From positions 1,488,001-1,540,464 of the forward strand of contig JAXLNO010000385.1 in assembly GCA_038087875.1 (NCBI GenBank): 52,464 bases of DNA, in the 5' to 3' direction. Shown here in pieces: positions 36,706-48,137 of the stretch. Positions within the stretch are counted from its first letter, which is position 1, and each line of letters starts with the position of its first letter. The position numbers were made by a program, and so were the translations under genes. This DNA is from Malacoraja senta. Its lineage: Eukaryota. The notes beneath the pieces were generated by a model. The model was not told the DNA's origin and did not search any database. It was given only the letters and a program-made list of their open reading frames with translations.

Positions 36706-38439
36706 AGTACATGATGTTGTTAAATTATATATTGATGAAATACACTCATTTATGTACATAGTGTGAAATTGTGATTTGTTAACTGAACAAAACAATGCAA
36801 ATGGCGATTTATTTATTATTGTATTTACGTTGGACATTGTGCCCTTTGGTGTAAGCCGGGGTGGGGCTATCATTGTTACATACGTTGAATTGTACATCAC
36901 TTTCATTGGTTAGCTGATATGCTGAACACTGCAACCCTGTATATCTCGCGCACAGAATTATGTGAATTATGTAAATCTTACCATGCATGTCAGAAATGAA
37001 ATGTGTTAACCATGTTAATGGATTTCTATTATTAATTATTTAAAATTGAGTGGGTTGGTGCAATATTGGTGTACTATACTGCTAATGTGTCGTTATCAGA
37101 TATTCAGCTTTAAAAAGATAAATAAATCACAGTAAAAGGGAAAAGATGCCTGTGTTCCTTCCACAGCGTGTGGGGAGTCTGGCCCGGATCAGCACGGCTG
37201 GGACACCAGGGTGAAGTTGTGGGGAGGTTTACAATGTTTTTTAAATTTAATGTTGTCTCTTATCTAGTCCGAAATAAAGTTTATCATTAGAATTAAAAAT
37301 CTGGAGAAATATATATGTGTGTTATATGATTATATACATTTATATCACATTCATATATGTGTGTGTACAGTATGTGTATCTAATCAGTTGTATGCTCGCT
37401 GAACAAAACCATCCTTAAGTTATACATAATTTGTAAATCTTGTTCAAAACACATTATATTTTGTGAAAGACTTCATTCAGATAACCCCACCATTACAGAC
37501 AGATCTCATTCCACTCTCTGGCTATTGGGAAGACCAGACCCATTTTATTGTTGAGAAACAACTCCATAGACACAAAAAACATGAAGGTGTAGCGGCCCCT
37601 GCTGGCGTACGCAGAGATCGAACCCGGCGTTCGGAAGCCGTGGTCACGTGACTCGGGAGGGGCCGCTTGTTTTGCGCGGTTTTTACTTGCGCGCGTTAGT
37701 TCAGCGCTGACCACCGTTGTGGGCAGAAGTGTCTGAGAACCTTTATACTGGAAATCCAACTTGTGAATAAAGATCTGTTGGAAACCCCAGTTGTCATTCT
37801 TCAGATGTTCGCCAAAAAGGAACATTCCAAGAGTAGAGCAACTGCAATCTTCATATTGCTATTAGTTTTCCAAATACTGCAGTTGTGAACAGTGTGATTA
37901 GATGAATGAATTACAGTGCAAGTTAATATAAAAGCAACTCAAACACAGCACATGAGCCATTTAAAAAGAAATGTTTAAAAAAACATTAAAAGAAAATTAA
38001 CAGAATCATAATTTATAAACATATTAATCTTTAACGAAAATGAACAGAATTATGAATTATGTATCACACACAAACTGTTCCCCCGCAACGCTGATTACAC
38101 TGCGAGAGGGATATACAAAGTCGGGTCGGGTTACTGAAATGGCCCACATTCCGCTCCTTGCGTACTACAAATCAGCCCATTGGATTTAGCAGGAGTGGAC
38201 TATCTTGCTCGCTATAGGATCTTTGATTACAATGGCTCAGTGGCTGTGCTTCCCTTGGAGAGGCTGCCTTGCCTGTATTTGTGAGACGCAGGCAGGCAGG
38301 CAGGCCTCACCTCAGAGGGTTCACTCTTGTTTGAAACCCTTCAATTTGTGCTTGCCCCATGCGATTCTCATTCTCCAATTTGAGGTCAAAATGCAACAGC
38401 CCGCCCTCGTCTCTCTCTCCCTCCCATTGGCAAGCGCAA

Positions 38440-38650
38440 TATATTTCAAGGGGGCTAGAATACAAAAACAGGGATGTAATGCTGAGACTCTAGAAGGCGC
38501 TGGTCAGGCCGCATTGGAAGCATTGTGGGCAGTTTTGGGCACCATATCTGAGGAAGGATGCGGGCTCTGCAGAGGGTCCAGAGGAGGTTTACAAGAATGA
38601 TGCCAGGAATAAGTGGGTTAACATATGATGAGCGTTTGATGGCACTGGAG
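38440..38650 (+). mobile_element. CR1 fragment
   Basis: ATTTCAAGGGGGCTAGAATACAAAAACAGGGATGTAATGCTGAG..GGGTCCAGAGGAGGTTTACAAGAATGAT is homologous to the reverse complement of 26820-26940. Confidence 0.8.
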
Positions 38651-38759
38651 CTAGATATTGTGGATTTTTATGGATCCCTCAACCCCTCATTACTAAGGTC
38701 CACGGTTCCCACCTGCTTTATAACATGAAAGAACTTTGAACATTCCATGATTTGGTATG

Positions 38760-38850
38760 GTTTAGTTTAGAGATAAAGCATGGAAACAGGCCTGTCGGCC
38801 CATCGAGTCCATATTGTGTAGCAATCATCCGTACACTAGTCTATCCTACA
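38760..38850 (-). mobile_element. SINE 3' fragment
   Basis: TTTAGTTTAGAGATA..GGAAACAGGCC..TCGGCCCA.CGAGTCC matches the SINE tail at 45575-45660. Confidence 0.7.
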
Positions 38851-38861
38851 TGAGTATGTCC

Positions 38862-39190
38862 ATGAATACTTCTACATGATTGCGGTCGAGAGCATGTAGA
38901 TTTGTTGCATCACGGGCTGCTTCAGCTTCTCAAACTCCTAGAAACAAAGGAGATTACAAGGAATGGTGAACACTGCCCAGTCCATCACACGTACTGACCC
39001 TTCCACAATTGAAGGGATCTACAGGAGGCACTGCCTCAAAGGCATCATCAAGGACCCCCACCACCTTGGCCCCGTTGCACATTTACTCGTACCATCAGCA
39101 AGAAGGTACAAGAGTCTGGAAGCCTCGACGTCTAGTTTCAAGAACAGTTTCTTCCCAACAACCATCAGGCTCATGAACATTACAAAACAA
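38862..39190 (+). mobile_element. Rex1/Babar 3' fragment
   Basis: VNTAQSITRTDPSTIEGIYRRHCLKGIIKDPHH..PSARRYKSL..FKNSFFPTTIRLMN. Confidence 0.8.
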
Positions 39191-39656
39191 ACTAAACTAT
39201 GAAGTGTCTTTGTTGCAGACGTTGGGCTTTTCCCACTAATATTGATTGGGGTTTACAATTTGTTGGTGTTGATGACGTCTATACGAGTACTGTGTTTACT
39301 GTCGTTGTGCTGTTGGTACACATGACAATTGGGTGGCTGAGTTCAGGTACGTGTCGGTCAGTGCTATATGGATGTTTGCTGACACATGCGGTAGTTGGAG
39401 GGGGGAGGGTGGGTGTCGGTGGCATTGTGAGGAGATGCTGTTCTACGATTGGTCTCGGCTGGATAGGTGGGAGAGTGTTTTAGTGGTGGTGATCATGAAT
39501 GAGTTTGAATTGGCATTGTCACAGTCGGGTCTAAATTGGAGGACGGCGATATTACAAGACAGAGGTAAGGCGGCAAAAGTGAATTAAATCTGCCACTTGG
39601 GGCGAATGCAGGAAAAAGATTCAATGGTGCGCATTCAGGGAAGAGATTGTTCAAAT

Positions 39657-39746
39657 ATAGACACAGAAAATGCTGGAGTAACTCAGCGGGACAGGCAGCA
39701 TCTCCGGAGAGAAGGAATGGGTGACGTTTCGGTTCGAGACCCTTCC
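39657..39746 (-). repeat. Putative Penelope-derived short repeat (hammerhead-like core)
   Basis: AGACACAGAAAATGCTGGAGTAACTCAGCGGGACAGGCAGCATCT..GTGACGTTTCGGTTCGAGACCCTTC. Confidence 0.7.
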
Positions 39747-40084
39747 TACTGCAATTATTCTTTCTCTTTCCATAGACTTCATTGAATGTAATTTGGGTTA
39801 TTTTACAGATGGATGCAAGCAACAGGATATCTGAACAGAGGATGCAAGCGGAACATGGATTTCTTCCCCTCCCCATTCCTTTGATTAGCTTTCTGAATTC
39901 CAATCAATACCTGAAGAATTACCGCAGTCGTGTGACATTCTACGTTAACGGTGATATCTACGGATATGAACGGTAGTTCATTTACAATGTACTTTCTGGT
40001 CACATCGCCAGCCGACATTACCCTGCTTCAGTGCCGGACTGGCGAGGACATTGGCGTCAATTCGCTGGTCGATCCACAAGTCCA

Positions 40085-40430
40085 AGGCTGCAAGCTAAAC
40101 ATGCAAGGATACACACATCCTTTTGAGAAGACTGGCAGGTGGGCAGAGAGAGTGGGGTGGCTCTGCTGGTAGAGAAATGGAATTCAATCCTTAACAAGGG
40201 ATGACATAAGATCAGAAGATGAGGAATCTTTGTGGGTAGAGTTAAGAAACTGCAAAGGTAAAAATACCCTGATGGGAGTTATATGCAGGCTTCCAAACAG
40301 TAACCAGGATGTAGGGTATAAGTTACATCAGGAGATATAATCGGCATGTAAGCAAGGCAATGTGGCTTCAATATGCATGTGGGGATTTCAATGCATGTAG
40401 ATTGGGGAAATCAGGTTGGTACTGGATCAT
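40085..40430 (+). mobile_element. CR1 endonuclease-region fragment
   Basis: LNMQGY..ESLWVELRNCKGKNTLMGVI..GDFN..DWGNQVG is homologous to 24860-25190 on the minus strand. Confidence 0.85.
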
Positions 40431-40640
40431 TAGAATTATTGCAGAGGTGTGACATCCTACGTTAGCGCTGATGTCTACAGATGTGAACTGTAATTCACAA
40501 ACAACTTACTTTCTGTTCAGATTGCCACCCTGCATTATCCTGCTAGTTGTGACTCCATTGAGTGCTGGCAGTTGTGACATTGAACAATTGTGCTGAAGTA
40601 TCTTTTTTAAGCTTTTTGTCATTAAAATCTTTGGGTCTAA

Positions 40641-41342
40641 AGGGCCTGTCCAACTTACGCGTCCTTGGCTCGCAAATTACTCGACCTCGTGGTCGCTTGA
40701 GGCGTACAGGCACCTTATGGCCGCGCGGGGCCGGTCCCACTTAGAAGCGTGGAGGGGTATGGAGTTGTGCGGGGCTGGTCCCGACATCGCGCGGGGCTCC
40801 GAAATTCTTGCAGTGAACGAAATCTTCGCGCGCCAACGGCCTGTCGCGGAACTGACGGTTAAAGTGCGACAGGCCCAAGACCCTGGCGCGACGCAACGTC
40901 TCACCTCCAACAGCAGCAGAAGCAGACAAACGATCGCCGAACTTAGCCTGGGGCTCACGGCCGTTGCGGTCCGGATCCGCCCCCACTTCTACTCCCAGAG
41001 CGGGCCAAGAAAATTTAAGATAGACACAAAATGCTGGAGTAACTCAGCGGGACCGGCAGCAACTCTGGAGAGAAGCAATGGGTGACGTTTCGGGTCAAGA
41101 CCCTTCTTTCAGACTGAACAAGAGTCTCGAACCGAAACGTCACCCATTCCTTCTCTCCAGAGATGCTGCCGGTCCCACTGACTTACTCCAGCTTTGTGTC
41201 CATCTTCAAATAACGTCACGTGCTCCAGACGGCTGTACGTACGCATGTAATCGCGTCCGACCTTCGCTAGACCGTCTCGGCTCAACGCGGCCACGAGGTC
41301 GCGTAATTTGCGTGCCAAGGACACGTAAGTGGGACAGGCCCT
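40641..41342. mobile_element. PIF/Harbinger-type non-autonomous element with TAA TSD
   Basis: TIRs of ~65 bp (AGGGCCTGTCC(A/C)ACTTACG(C/T)GTCCTTGGC..). TAA at 40638-40640 and 41343-41345. Carries a nested repeat at 41016-41208. Confidence 0.88.
41016..41208. repeat. Inverted pair of the putative Penelope-derived repeat
   Basis: GACACAAAATGCTGGAGTAACTCAG..GTGACGTTTCGG followed by CCGAAACGTCAC..TTACTCCAGCTTTGTGTC. Confidence 0.75.
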
Positions 41343-43676
41343 TAAATCTAAACAGCTCTTAGTAAGGGCACCACACATAATCCTCATAATCAACACTAAA
41401 CACTGAAGGCAACCATTGATGGTGACATGAATCTTTGTTCACCAAAATCAAAGCATCATCAACTGTCACAAAACAAACTGTCACAAAACAAAGATTGCAG
41501 TTGCTTCAAATCGTGCAAATATGAGCATTTGGAATATCCATTTCCTGACATGCAATTCGCAACAGGTAATTGCCCAGGCCCCAGCACGTTCATCATTCAT
41601 AGGAGCAGAATCAGGCCATTCGGCCCATCAAATACCACTCCGCCATTCAATAATGGCTGAACTACCTTTCTCCCAACCCATTCTCCCCTCTACATAGAGT
41701 AACAGTGTAGCAGTGAACAAAGGAACAGAAGGGAAAGGACACAATGTGCTGGAGAAACTCAGTCTGAAGAAGGGTCCCAACCCAAAATAACACCTCATGT
41801 GCTCCAGAGATGATGCCTGGCCTGCTGGTTTACTCCAGCACTTTTCCCCCTTTAGTGTATTAACCAGCATCTACAGTTTCTTGTTTCTACAAAGGAACAG
41901 AAACAATTGATTCATGGTCAACTATAAAAGTCAGAGAACAGCCCAAATTCAATGTTTCCATAAATGGGTGAACTACTTGAAGCCCTGCGCAGACACAAGT
42001 CAACGGCTTGTTTCACACAAATACAGGGAACCACAGTCATGCTACTGAAAACAAGTAGTGTGGATAGTTATACTTCTTCAGATAGATAAACTGTCAAGCA
42101 CACCCAGTGTTGCTTTCAGCAACCCAATCCTTGTGATGAGATTGTTTTCACTCTTTTCAAAGAATTCATTCAAAGAAGTCCTACAGTTCCAGCTTACAGT
42201 TAAATACAAGCAAAACTTTGCAACGGAACACACCTGAACTGCACCAGACCACAGATTTCCCCCTCTTTTCATTGGATTAAATTTCAAAATTCTAATGAGC
42301 ATCTTAAGAATGTTTACACGCACATCTCTGCAAAAGCAAGAGTCATCTGTGAGCAACTTGTAAACTGAACATGAGCCATCCTGTTTTTCCTGTCTTTCCC
42401 CTCCATCAGCCAGCTGCTGTCTTGTGTTGAATCCACAAAGGCTTGATTCATCCTTATGATTACTCTTGTACTTTGCACCACCACTTCCCGCCCATCGCCC
42501 CAACCCCCGGCCCAATGATACAGTCAGGGACTGGCAATGGCAGAATTCTGCCCACCCTCCAGAGCAAGTCATCCCACCCCACGGACTTCTTCCCAATACA
42601 CACCAACAGCACAGTGCCCACCCTCCTGTCTCCGGTCCCAAAACATGCGGGCAAAGGTTTAGTTGCCGGGGCAGAGCCCGATTGATAAAGCAATCACTCC
42701 CTAGGCCCAAGATAGACAAAAAAAGCTGGAGTAACTCAGCGGGTCAGACAACATCTCTGGAAACAGGATTGAGGTCGAGACCCTTCTTCAGACTGAGACA
42801 GGGGAAAGGGCTCCAATTTACAGTTAAATGCAAGTTAAACTTTGCATCATTACTACATCTCTAGTGGACACCGGAACTGCACCAGACCACAGATTTTACC
42901 CCATTTATTTACCCACTTTGATAACATTTCCAAATTCTAATCAGTACCTGAAAAATGTTTAGACGCGTGACTGAGTAGGCAAGAAGCATCTCAGAGCAAC
43001 TTGTAAACTGAACACTGGCCATCCTGTTAAAAGATTATATTCACAAAACTTTCCTCACCTGGCCTTGTGATTCCCTTCCATCAGCCAGTTGCTGTCTTTC
43101 CGTCTCGGATGTAAACCTTGCTTGTGATGAATCCACAAAGACTGCCTTTATCATCACCTCTTCCACTTGCACCGCCCACCCCTCGCCCATCACCCCAACT
43201 CCACCCACCCTCCAGAGACAGTCTCCCACCCCACTGACTTCTTCCCAATACACAGCCGGCCCCTCGTCTCTGGTCCCAAAACATTTGAACAAGAATGTTG
43301 TTGGTCTCCAGATTGACAAAGCAATCACTAGGCCCGCTCATGTCAACGTGTTAAATTGAACCGTGCCCAGCCGGAGTCCTACGTTAGTGGCAGGCACGTG
43401 CCGTGAGCAATTACTCAAGGTAGGCAGTCAGTCAGCTTTAAAACAATTAAACCGCGCATGCGCAGATTGCTCTCTCCGTAAAAATAAAAATAAAAATAAA
43501 GACAGTAACAATTCAATTTGCCCAAGGCTTCCTCGTCTCCTTTATTCTGAATTACTGAATGAGTGGGGGGTGAAGGGTGATGGAAGGTGGAGAGATGGTG
43601 GGAAAAACGGGAGTACAGGGAAAAGTTGAATCAGTTGTCATCTAATTGAATGACAACACTTGTTCAAGGGACCAAT

Positions 43677-44312
43677 TGGGGGGAGAGTTCCTTTCACAGC
43701 GTGTGGAGAGTCTGTGCCAGGGGTAAAGTTGCGGGGAGGGCAGGAGTGTTGAGAAGGAGGGGGTCGGGGATAATGCCAGTAACTCACTCACTCACTCACT
43801 GCTACTGCGGCGCTCCAGGCACCACCGCATTGTAGCCGGGGAGCTGCGAGCGGCCACCGGGAGCCGACGGCAGAACAGGTCGCCACTTCAGTGCCTTCTG
43901 CCGGCCCGCTCACCTTTGGCAGTGCTCTCCGTCTGAACACCTTGCACCTGCCGCTCGCTCATGTCAGCAGCTTCCTGCAAATCCTTAAATTCCCACAGCC
44001 GAGTAACCTCAACCTGAACCTGACATGAGTGAGGCCAGCGAGCGGCAGGAGAGAGGTTTTTAGACGGAGAACTGCCAGAGGTGAGCGAGGGCCAGCAGAA
44101 GGAGCTAAGGTGGCGGCCGGTTCCGCTGTCCAGCCCGGCGGCCGCTCGCAGCCACCCGAGCTATATCTCCCCCCGGCCTCAATGCGATGGCTCCGTGCAA
44201 GGAGCGTTGCAAGTGGCATGATCCTGACCCCTCCTTCACAACATTCATGCCCTCCCCGCAACTTTACCCCGGGCCAGACTCTCCAAACTCTGTGAAAGAA
44301 TCTCTCGTCCCC
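43677..44312. repeat. GC-rich fold-back (long imperfect inverted repeat), probably inside a non-autonomous DNA element spanning ~43400-44500
   Basis: 43677-43967 pairs with 44020-44312, e.g. GGGGTAAAGTTGCGGGGAGGGCA / TGCCCTCCCCGCAACTTTACCCC and CGCTCACCTTTGGCAG / CTGCCAGAGGTGAGCG. Confidence 0.8.
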
Positions 44313-44554
44313 CACACCCCGGGAAATACGGTATTTAGAAACATAAGCACAAAATGTACTTACCACATTATCAGTACACAAACTCCATTCTTTCCTAACG
44401 AACACTTTGTTTCCTAAGATACACTTAAAATATTGACAATTCATATTTGAAAACCCTGCCAAGAAACTAGCGCTGTGCATGTGCAGTAGGCTGCTGCTGC
44501 CCAGTGCTGCAAAGGCTGAATTTCTGCTACCTTCAGCTCCCTTGTCATTGACGG

Positions 44555-45568
44555 CTTGAAGTGCTTTACATTGGTATAAGAATAGTATAACAACAAACTA
44601 CATATATATAGCCCTCGCTCAGAGGACGTCAGGAAAGGCTTGGGAGTACAGATGAGTTTTTAGTCTAGACTTAAAGGAGTCGATGGAGGGGGCAGTTCTG
44701 ATGGGAAGAGGGGATGCTGTTCCACAGTCTAGGAGTTGCAACCGCAAAGGCGCGGTCGCCCCTGAGCTTATGCCTAGATGTTCAGTAACCTCAAGTCAGC
44801 CGATCTGAGGGACCTGGAGGTGGTGTGGCGGGTGAGCAGACTTTTAATGTAGGTGGGGGCAAGCCCATTGAGGGCTTTGTAGACACAAAGGAGGATCTTG
44901 AAATTTATTCGGAACCGCACAGGGAGCCAGTGGAGAGAGGCCAGGATCGGGGTGATGTGGTCCCTTTTTCGGGTGCCAGTCAGGAGTCTCGCTGCGGCGT
45001 TTTGGACCAGTTGCAGGTGGGACAGGGAAGATTGACTGATGCCAGTGTAAAGGGAGTTGCAATAATCTAGGCGGGAGGAGATAAATGTGTGGATGATCTT
45101 TTCGAGGTCATCAAACTGGAGGAATTGTTTTATTTTAGCTATCGTCCGAAGCTGAAAGAAGATAGCTTTTACCACGGCATTGATTTGTTTGTCAAATTTC
45201 AGTGCTGAGTCAAATATCATGCCAAGGTTTTTGACGTGAGGTTTGAGTCGTGGGGTAAGGCTTCCAAGGCTGCCTGCTATCATTTTGATTGAGTCCGAGG
45301 GGCCGAGAAAGATGACCTCAGGCTTATTCTCGTTTAGTTGGAGGAAGTTCTGGGCCATCCAACACTTTATATCCTCGAGGCAGTGGATAAGGTTAAGCAG
45401 ATTTGATTGGTTTTTGGGCTTCAGGGGGAGATAGAGTTGTGTATTCTCTGCGTAGCAATGGAAGGAAATGCCGTGTCTTTCAATGACTTGCCCTAAGGGG
45501 AGCATATACAGGGAGAAGAGAATGGGGCCAAGGATGGAACCTTGTGGAACCCCACAGCAGAGACTAGC
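44555..45568 (-). mobile_element. L2-clade LINE, 5'-truncated (RT C-terminal half and 3' UTR)
   Basis: GVPQGSILGPILFSLYMLPLG..FHCYAENTQLY (YADD site altered)..SRLDYCNSL..QNAAARLLT..HITPILASLHWLP. Confidence 0.93.
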
Positions 45569-45574
45569 TGAGAC

Positions 45575-46017
45575 TAGATTAGATATACAGCGTGGAAACA
45601 AGCCCTTCAGCCCACCGAGTCCGTGCCGACCAGCGATCTCGCACACTAACACTATTCTACACACTAGGGACAATTTCCAATTTTACCAAAGCCAATTAAT
45701 CTACAAACTTGTGTAAGAAGGAATTGCACATACTGGTTTAAACCAAAGATAGACATAAAAAGCTGGGGTAACTCAGCGGGACAGGCAGCATCTCCGGAGA
45801 GAAGGAATGGGTGATGTTTTGGGTTGAGACCCTTCTTCAGACTTGTACAAACTTGTACGTCTTTGGAGTGTGTGAGGAAACCGGTGCACGCAGAGAGAAC
45901 CTACGTAGGTCATGGGGAGAACGCACAAACTCTGTATTCCGTAAGGACAGCACCCGTAGTCAGGATCAAACCCGGGTCTCTAGCGCTATGAGGCAGCAAC
46001 TCTACCGCTGCACCACC
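45575..46017 (-). mobile_element. tRNA-derived SINE (V-SINE/HE1-like), interrupted by a short repeat at 45715-45843
   Basis: Minus strand has A box GGTGCAGCGGTAG, B box GGGTTTGATCC, a central GAGTTTGTGCGTTCTCCCC..GGTTTCCTC..ACTCCAAAGACGT domain and a CR1-like tail. Confidence 0.85.
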
Positions 46018-46654
46018 TTCTATGTCTGTGTACACAAACAACATAAGGAGAAACAGCTCAGCTGTGAGCAGAGGAACAGAGGCAATTGTTTCCTGGTCAA
46101 CTGTAAAAGTCAGAGAAATCACAAAATGAAAAGTTTAAAAAATGAGTGAAGTGTGTGAGGCCCTGTGCAGACAGAAAGTCTACAGCTTGTATCTGACAAA
46201 TGCATTCTAGAGTGCCACTCCCAGGGAAGCACAGCCACTGAACAATTGTAATCACACAAATAAATGTGTGAATGGGTGCATTCCACCTTCAACTTCAAAA
46301 GCTGCTGAGCAAATCATTGTTGATGTTAGCGTTTCTTGTGAGCAGAGTTTTTTCTCTCTTTTCAAACACGTTATTTTTGTCAAACCTTTGAGCCTTAAAC
46401 TTCCAGATTGCATCTAAATGCAAGCTAAACTTTGCATTTCTACATCTCTAGTGGCCACAAGAACTGCATCAGAACTGAATCTATCCCTCTACGTCGATTA
46501 GCTTTCCAAATTCCAATCAGCAACTGAAGAATTGATGCAGACGTGTGACTCTCTCAGAATGCTGAAAAGGGCGAGAGGTTTCTCAGAGCAACTTGTAAAC
46601 CTGCCATCCTGTTTACCCTGTTAAACGACAACTTTCAGCCCAAGGAATTTGTAG

Positions 46655-46820
46655 TGTAGGAAGAAACCTCAGATGCTGGATTAAACGGAAGATAGACAGA
46701 AAAAGCTGGAGTAACAGCGGGACAGACAAATCTGAAGAAGGGTCTCGACCTAAAACGTCACCTATTCCTTTTCTCCAGAAATGCTGTCTGACCCGCGGAG
46801 TTACTCCAGCTTTTTCTATT
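46655..46820. repeat. Putative Penelope-derived repeat, inverted pair with hammerhead-like core at 46732-46762
   Basis: CTGAAGAAGGGTCTCGACCTAAAACGTCACC flanked by GCTGGAGTAAC and GTTACTCCAGC. Confidence 0.7.
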
Positions 46821-46829
46821 TATTTCTAG

Positions 46830-47055
46830 GAATCAGCTCCCTGCTCTGTCACTGGATCTTTGACTTTCTGACCCACAGACCACAAGCAGTGAGAATAGGT
46901 GAAACCTCCTCCATAATATTACTCAATACAACGATGCCAAGCAACGATGCATTCTCAGTCCATTACTAAACTCCCTATACACTCACGACTGTACGGCCAA
47001 ATTCAACGCTAACTCCATCCACAAGTTTTCAGGTGACACCAATGTACTGGGCTGC
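46830..47055 (+). mobile_element. Rex1/Babar RT fragment
   Basis: LCHWIFDFLTHRPQAVRIG..ILSPLLNSLYTHDCTAKFNANSIHKFSGDTNVLG. Confidence 0.8.
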
Positions 47056-47451
47056 ACTAGACAATTGCCTAACCGCCAGTGACCTTGGTAGAAACAAAGA
47101 ACTGCAGATGCTGGTTTATACCAAAGATAGACACAAAGTACTGGAGTAACTCACTGGGACAGAATTCTTGCAGGTGTGTGACTATGAGAAGGCAACAGGT
47201 GTCTCAGAGCAACCTGTAAACTGAACACTAGTCATCCTGTTAAGGCAACATTCACTAAACCTTGCTCACCTGGCCTTGTCTTTCTCCTCTGGCAGCCAGC
47301 TGCTGCCTCTGCTCCTCAGCCAGAAGGCTCATGATAAATCTACAAAGGATGCCTCTTGCACTTTCCACCACCCACCCCCACCCACTGACTTTTCCCAATA
47401 CACAGCTGACAGAGCAGTGGGCCTGCCCCTCATCTCTAATTCCAAAACAAT

Positions 47452-47590
47452 TAGAAACATAGCAAATAGGTGCAGGAGTAGGCCATTCGGCCCTTCGAGC
47501 CGTTTAATATCACCAAGGCTGCTCATTCAAAATCAGTACCCCGTTCCTGCTTTCTCTCCATATCCCTTGATTCCGTTGGCCCTAAGAGCT
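47452..47590 (-). mobile_element. CR1 3' UTR fragment
   Basis: Matches 22513-22650 (ATAGGTGCAGGAG..GCCATTCGGCCCTTCGAGCC..CCATATCCCTTGATTCC). Confidence 0.8.
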
Positions 47591-47808
47591 TGGCCGTTAG
47601 CCCTAAGAATTGGGCAAGAATTTTCTGTGGGACACGGTAGGATTGTTAAACTAATCATTTCCAAGCAAGGCTCATTCATGAATGTATGAACTGTAATTTA
47701 ATTTGTAAACAACACCACTAACCTTGGACTGTGGTGTAGTTTACAAGTATATGATCATCTTGTTGACATGCGTTGACTTTCTGATCAGATTGAGACTTTG
47801 GAGTCTCA

Positions 47809-48137
47809 TGGGCCTGTCCCATTTACGCGACTTTTTCGACGACTTGCCGGCACCCGTCATAGGTCATTGCAGGTCACAGAAAATGTTCAACGTTGAAAAC
47901 CCAGTGGCGACTAGAACAAGGTACGACTCTTTGGGTAACTACTCACGACCATACAAGCTTCACCCCGTGACATGTCGCCTGTATGGTCGTGAGTAGTCTC
48001 CTCAGTCGCCCAAAGAGTCGTCGCATCTTTCTGGACGCCACTGAATTTTCAACATATTGAACATTTTCAGCGACCTGCAACGACCAATGACGGGTGCCGG
48101 CAGTCGCCGAAAAAGTCACGTAAGTGGGACAGGCCCA
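47809..48137. mobile_element. Harbinger-type MITE, almost fully palindromic, TCA TSD
   Basis: TGGGCCTGTCCCA(T/C)TTACG termini, arms of ~145 bp, TCA at 47806-47808 and 48138-48140. Confidence 0.9.

Larger units (their letters stand above)
29194..38225 (+). mobile_element. P-superfamily DNA transposon (decayed), containing a nested DIRS element
   Basis: Left TIR CAAAGATCCTATAGCGGAGCAAGATGGACCGCTCCTGC versus reverse complement of the right end CAAAGATCCTATAGC-GAGCAAGATAGTCCACTCCTGC. Shared subterminal motifs GTAGTACG and CCATTTC(C/A)GTAACC. Encloses THAP and transposase sequence. No TSD found. Confidence 0.9.

Noticed and set aside
37600..37660. tRNA gene (GGTTCGATC B-box on the minus strand)
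   Set aside because: No A box or cloverleaf can be built.
39350..39392. Small hairpin GTGTCGG...CTGACAC as a pre-miRNA
   Set aside because: The stem is too short and G-U rich, with no recognisable mature miRNA.
42610..42650. V(D)J recombination signal (CACAGTG...CAAAAC)
   Set aside because: Spacer and nonamer do not fit the 12/23 rule, the heptamer is not kept in paralogous copies, and no V exon is adjacent.
43000..43022. miR-199-like CCAGTGTTCAG on the minus strand
   Set aside because: Only 11 nt match and there is no complementary arm.
43081..43157. Box C/D snoRNA on the minus strand (GTGATGA...CTGA, 77 nt)
   Set aside because: No terminal stem, and the boxes are not conserved in the paralogous modules at 42.4 and 47.3 kb.
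45940..46017. tRNA gene
   Set aside because: It is the tRNA-derived head of a SINE, followed by SINE body and tail.
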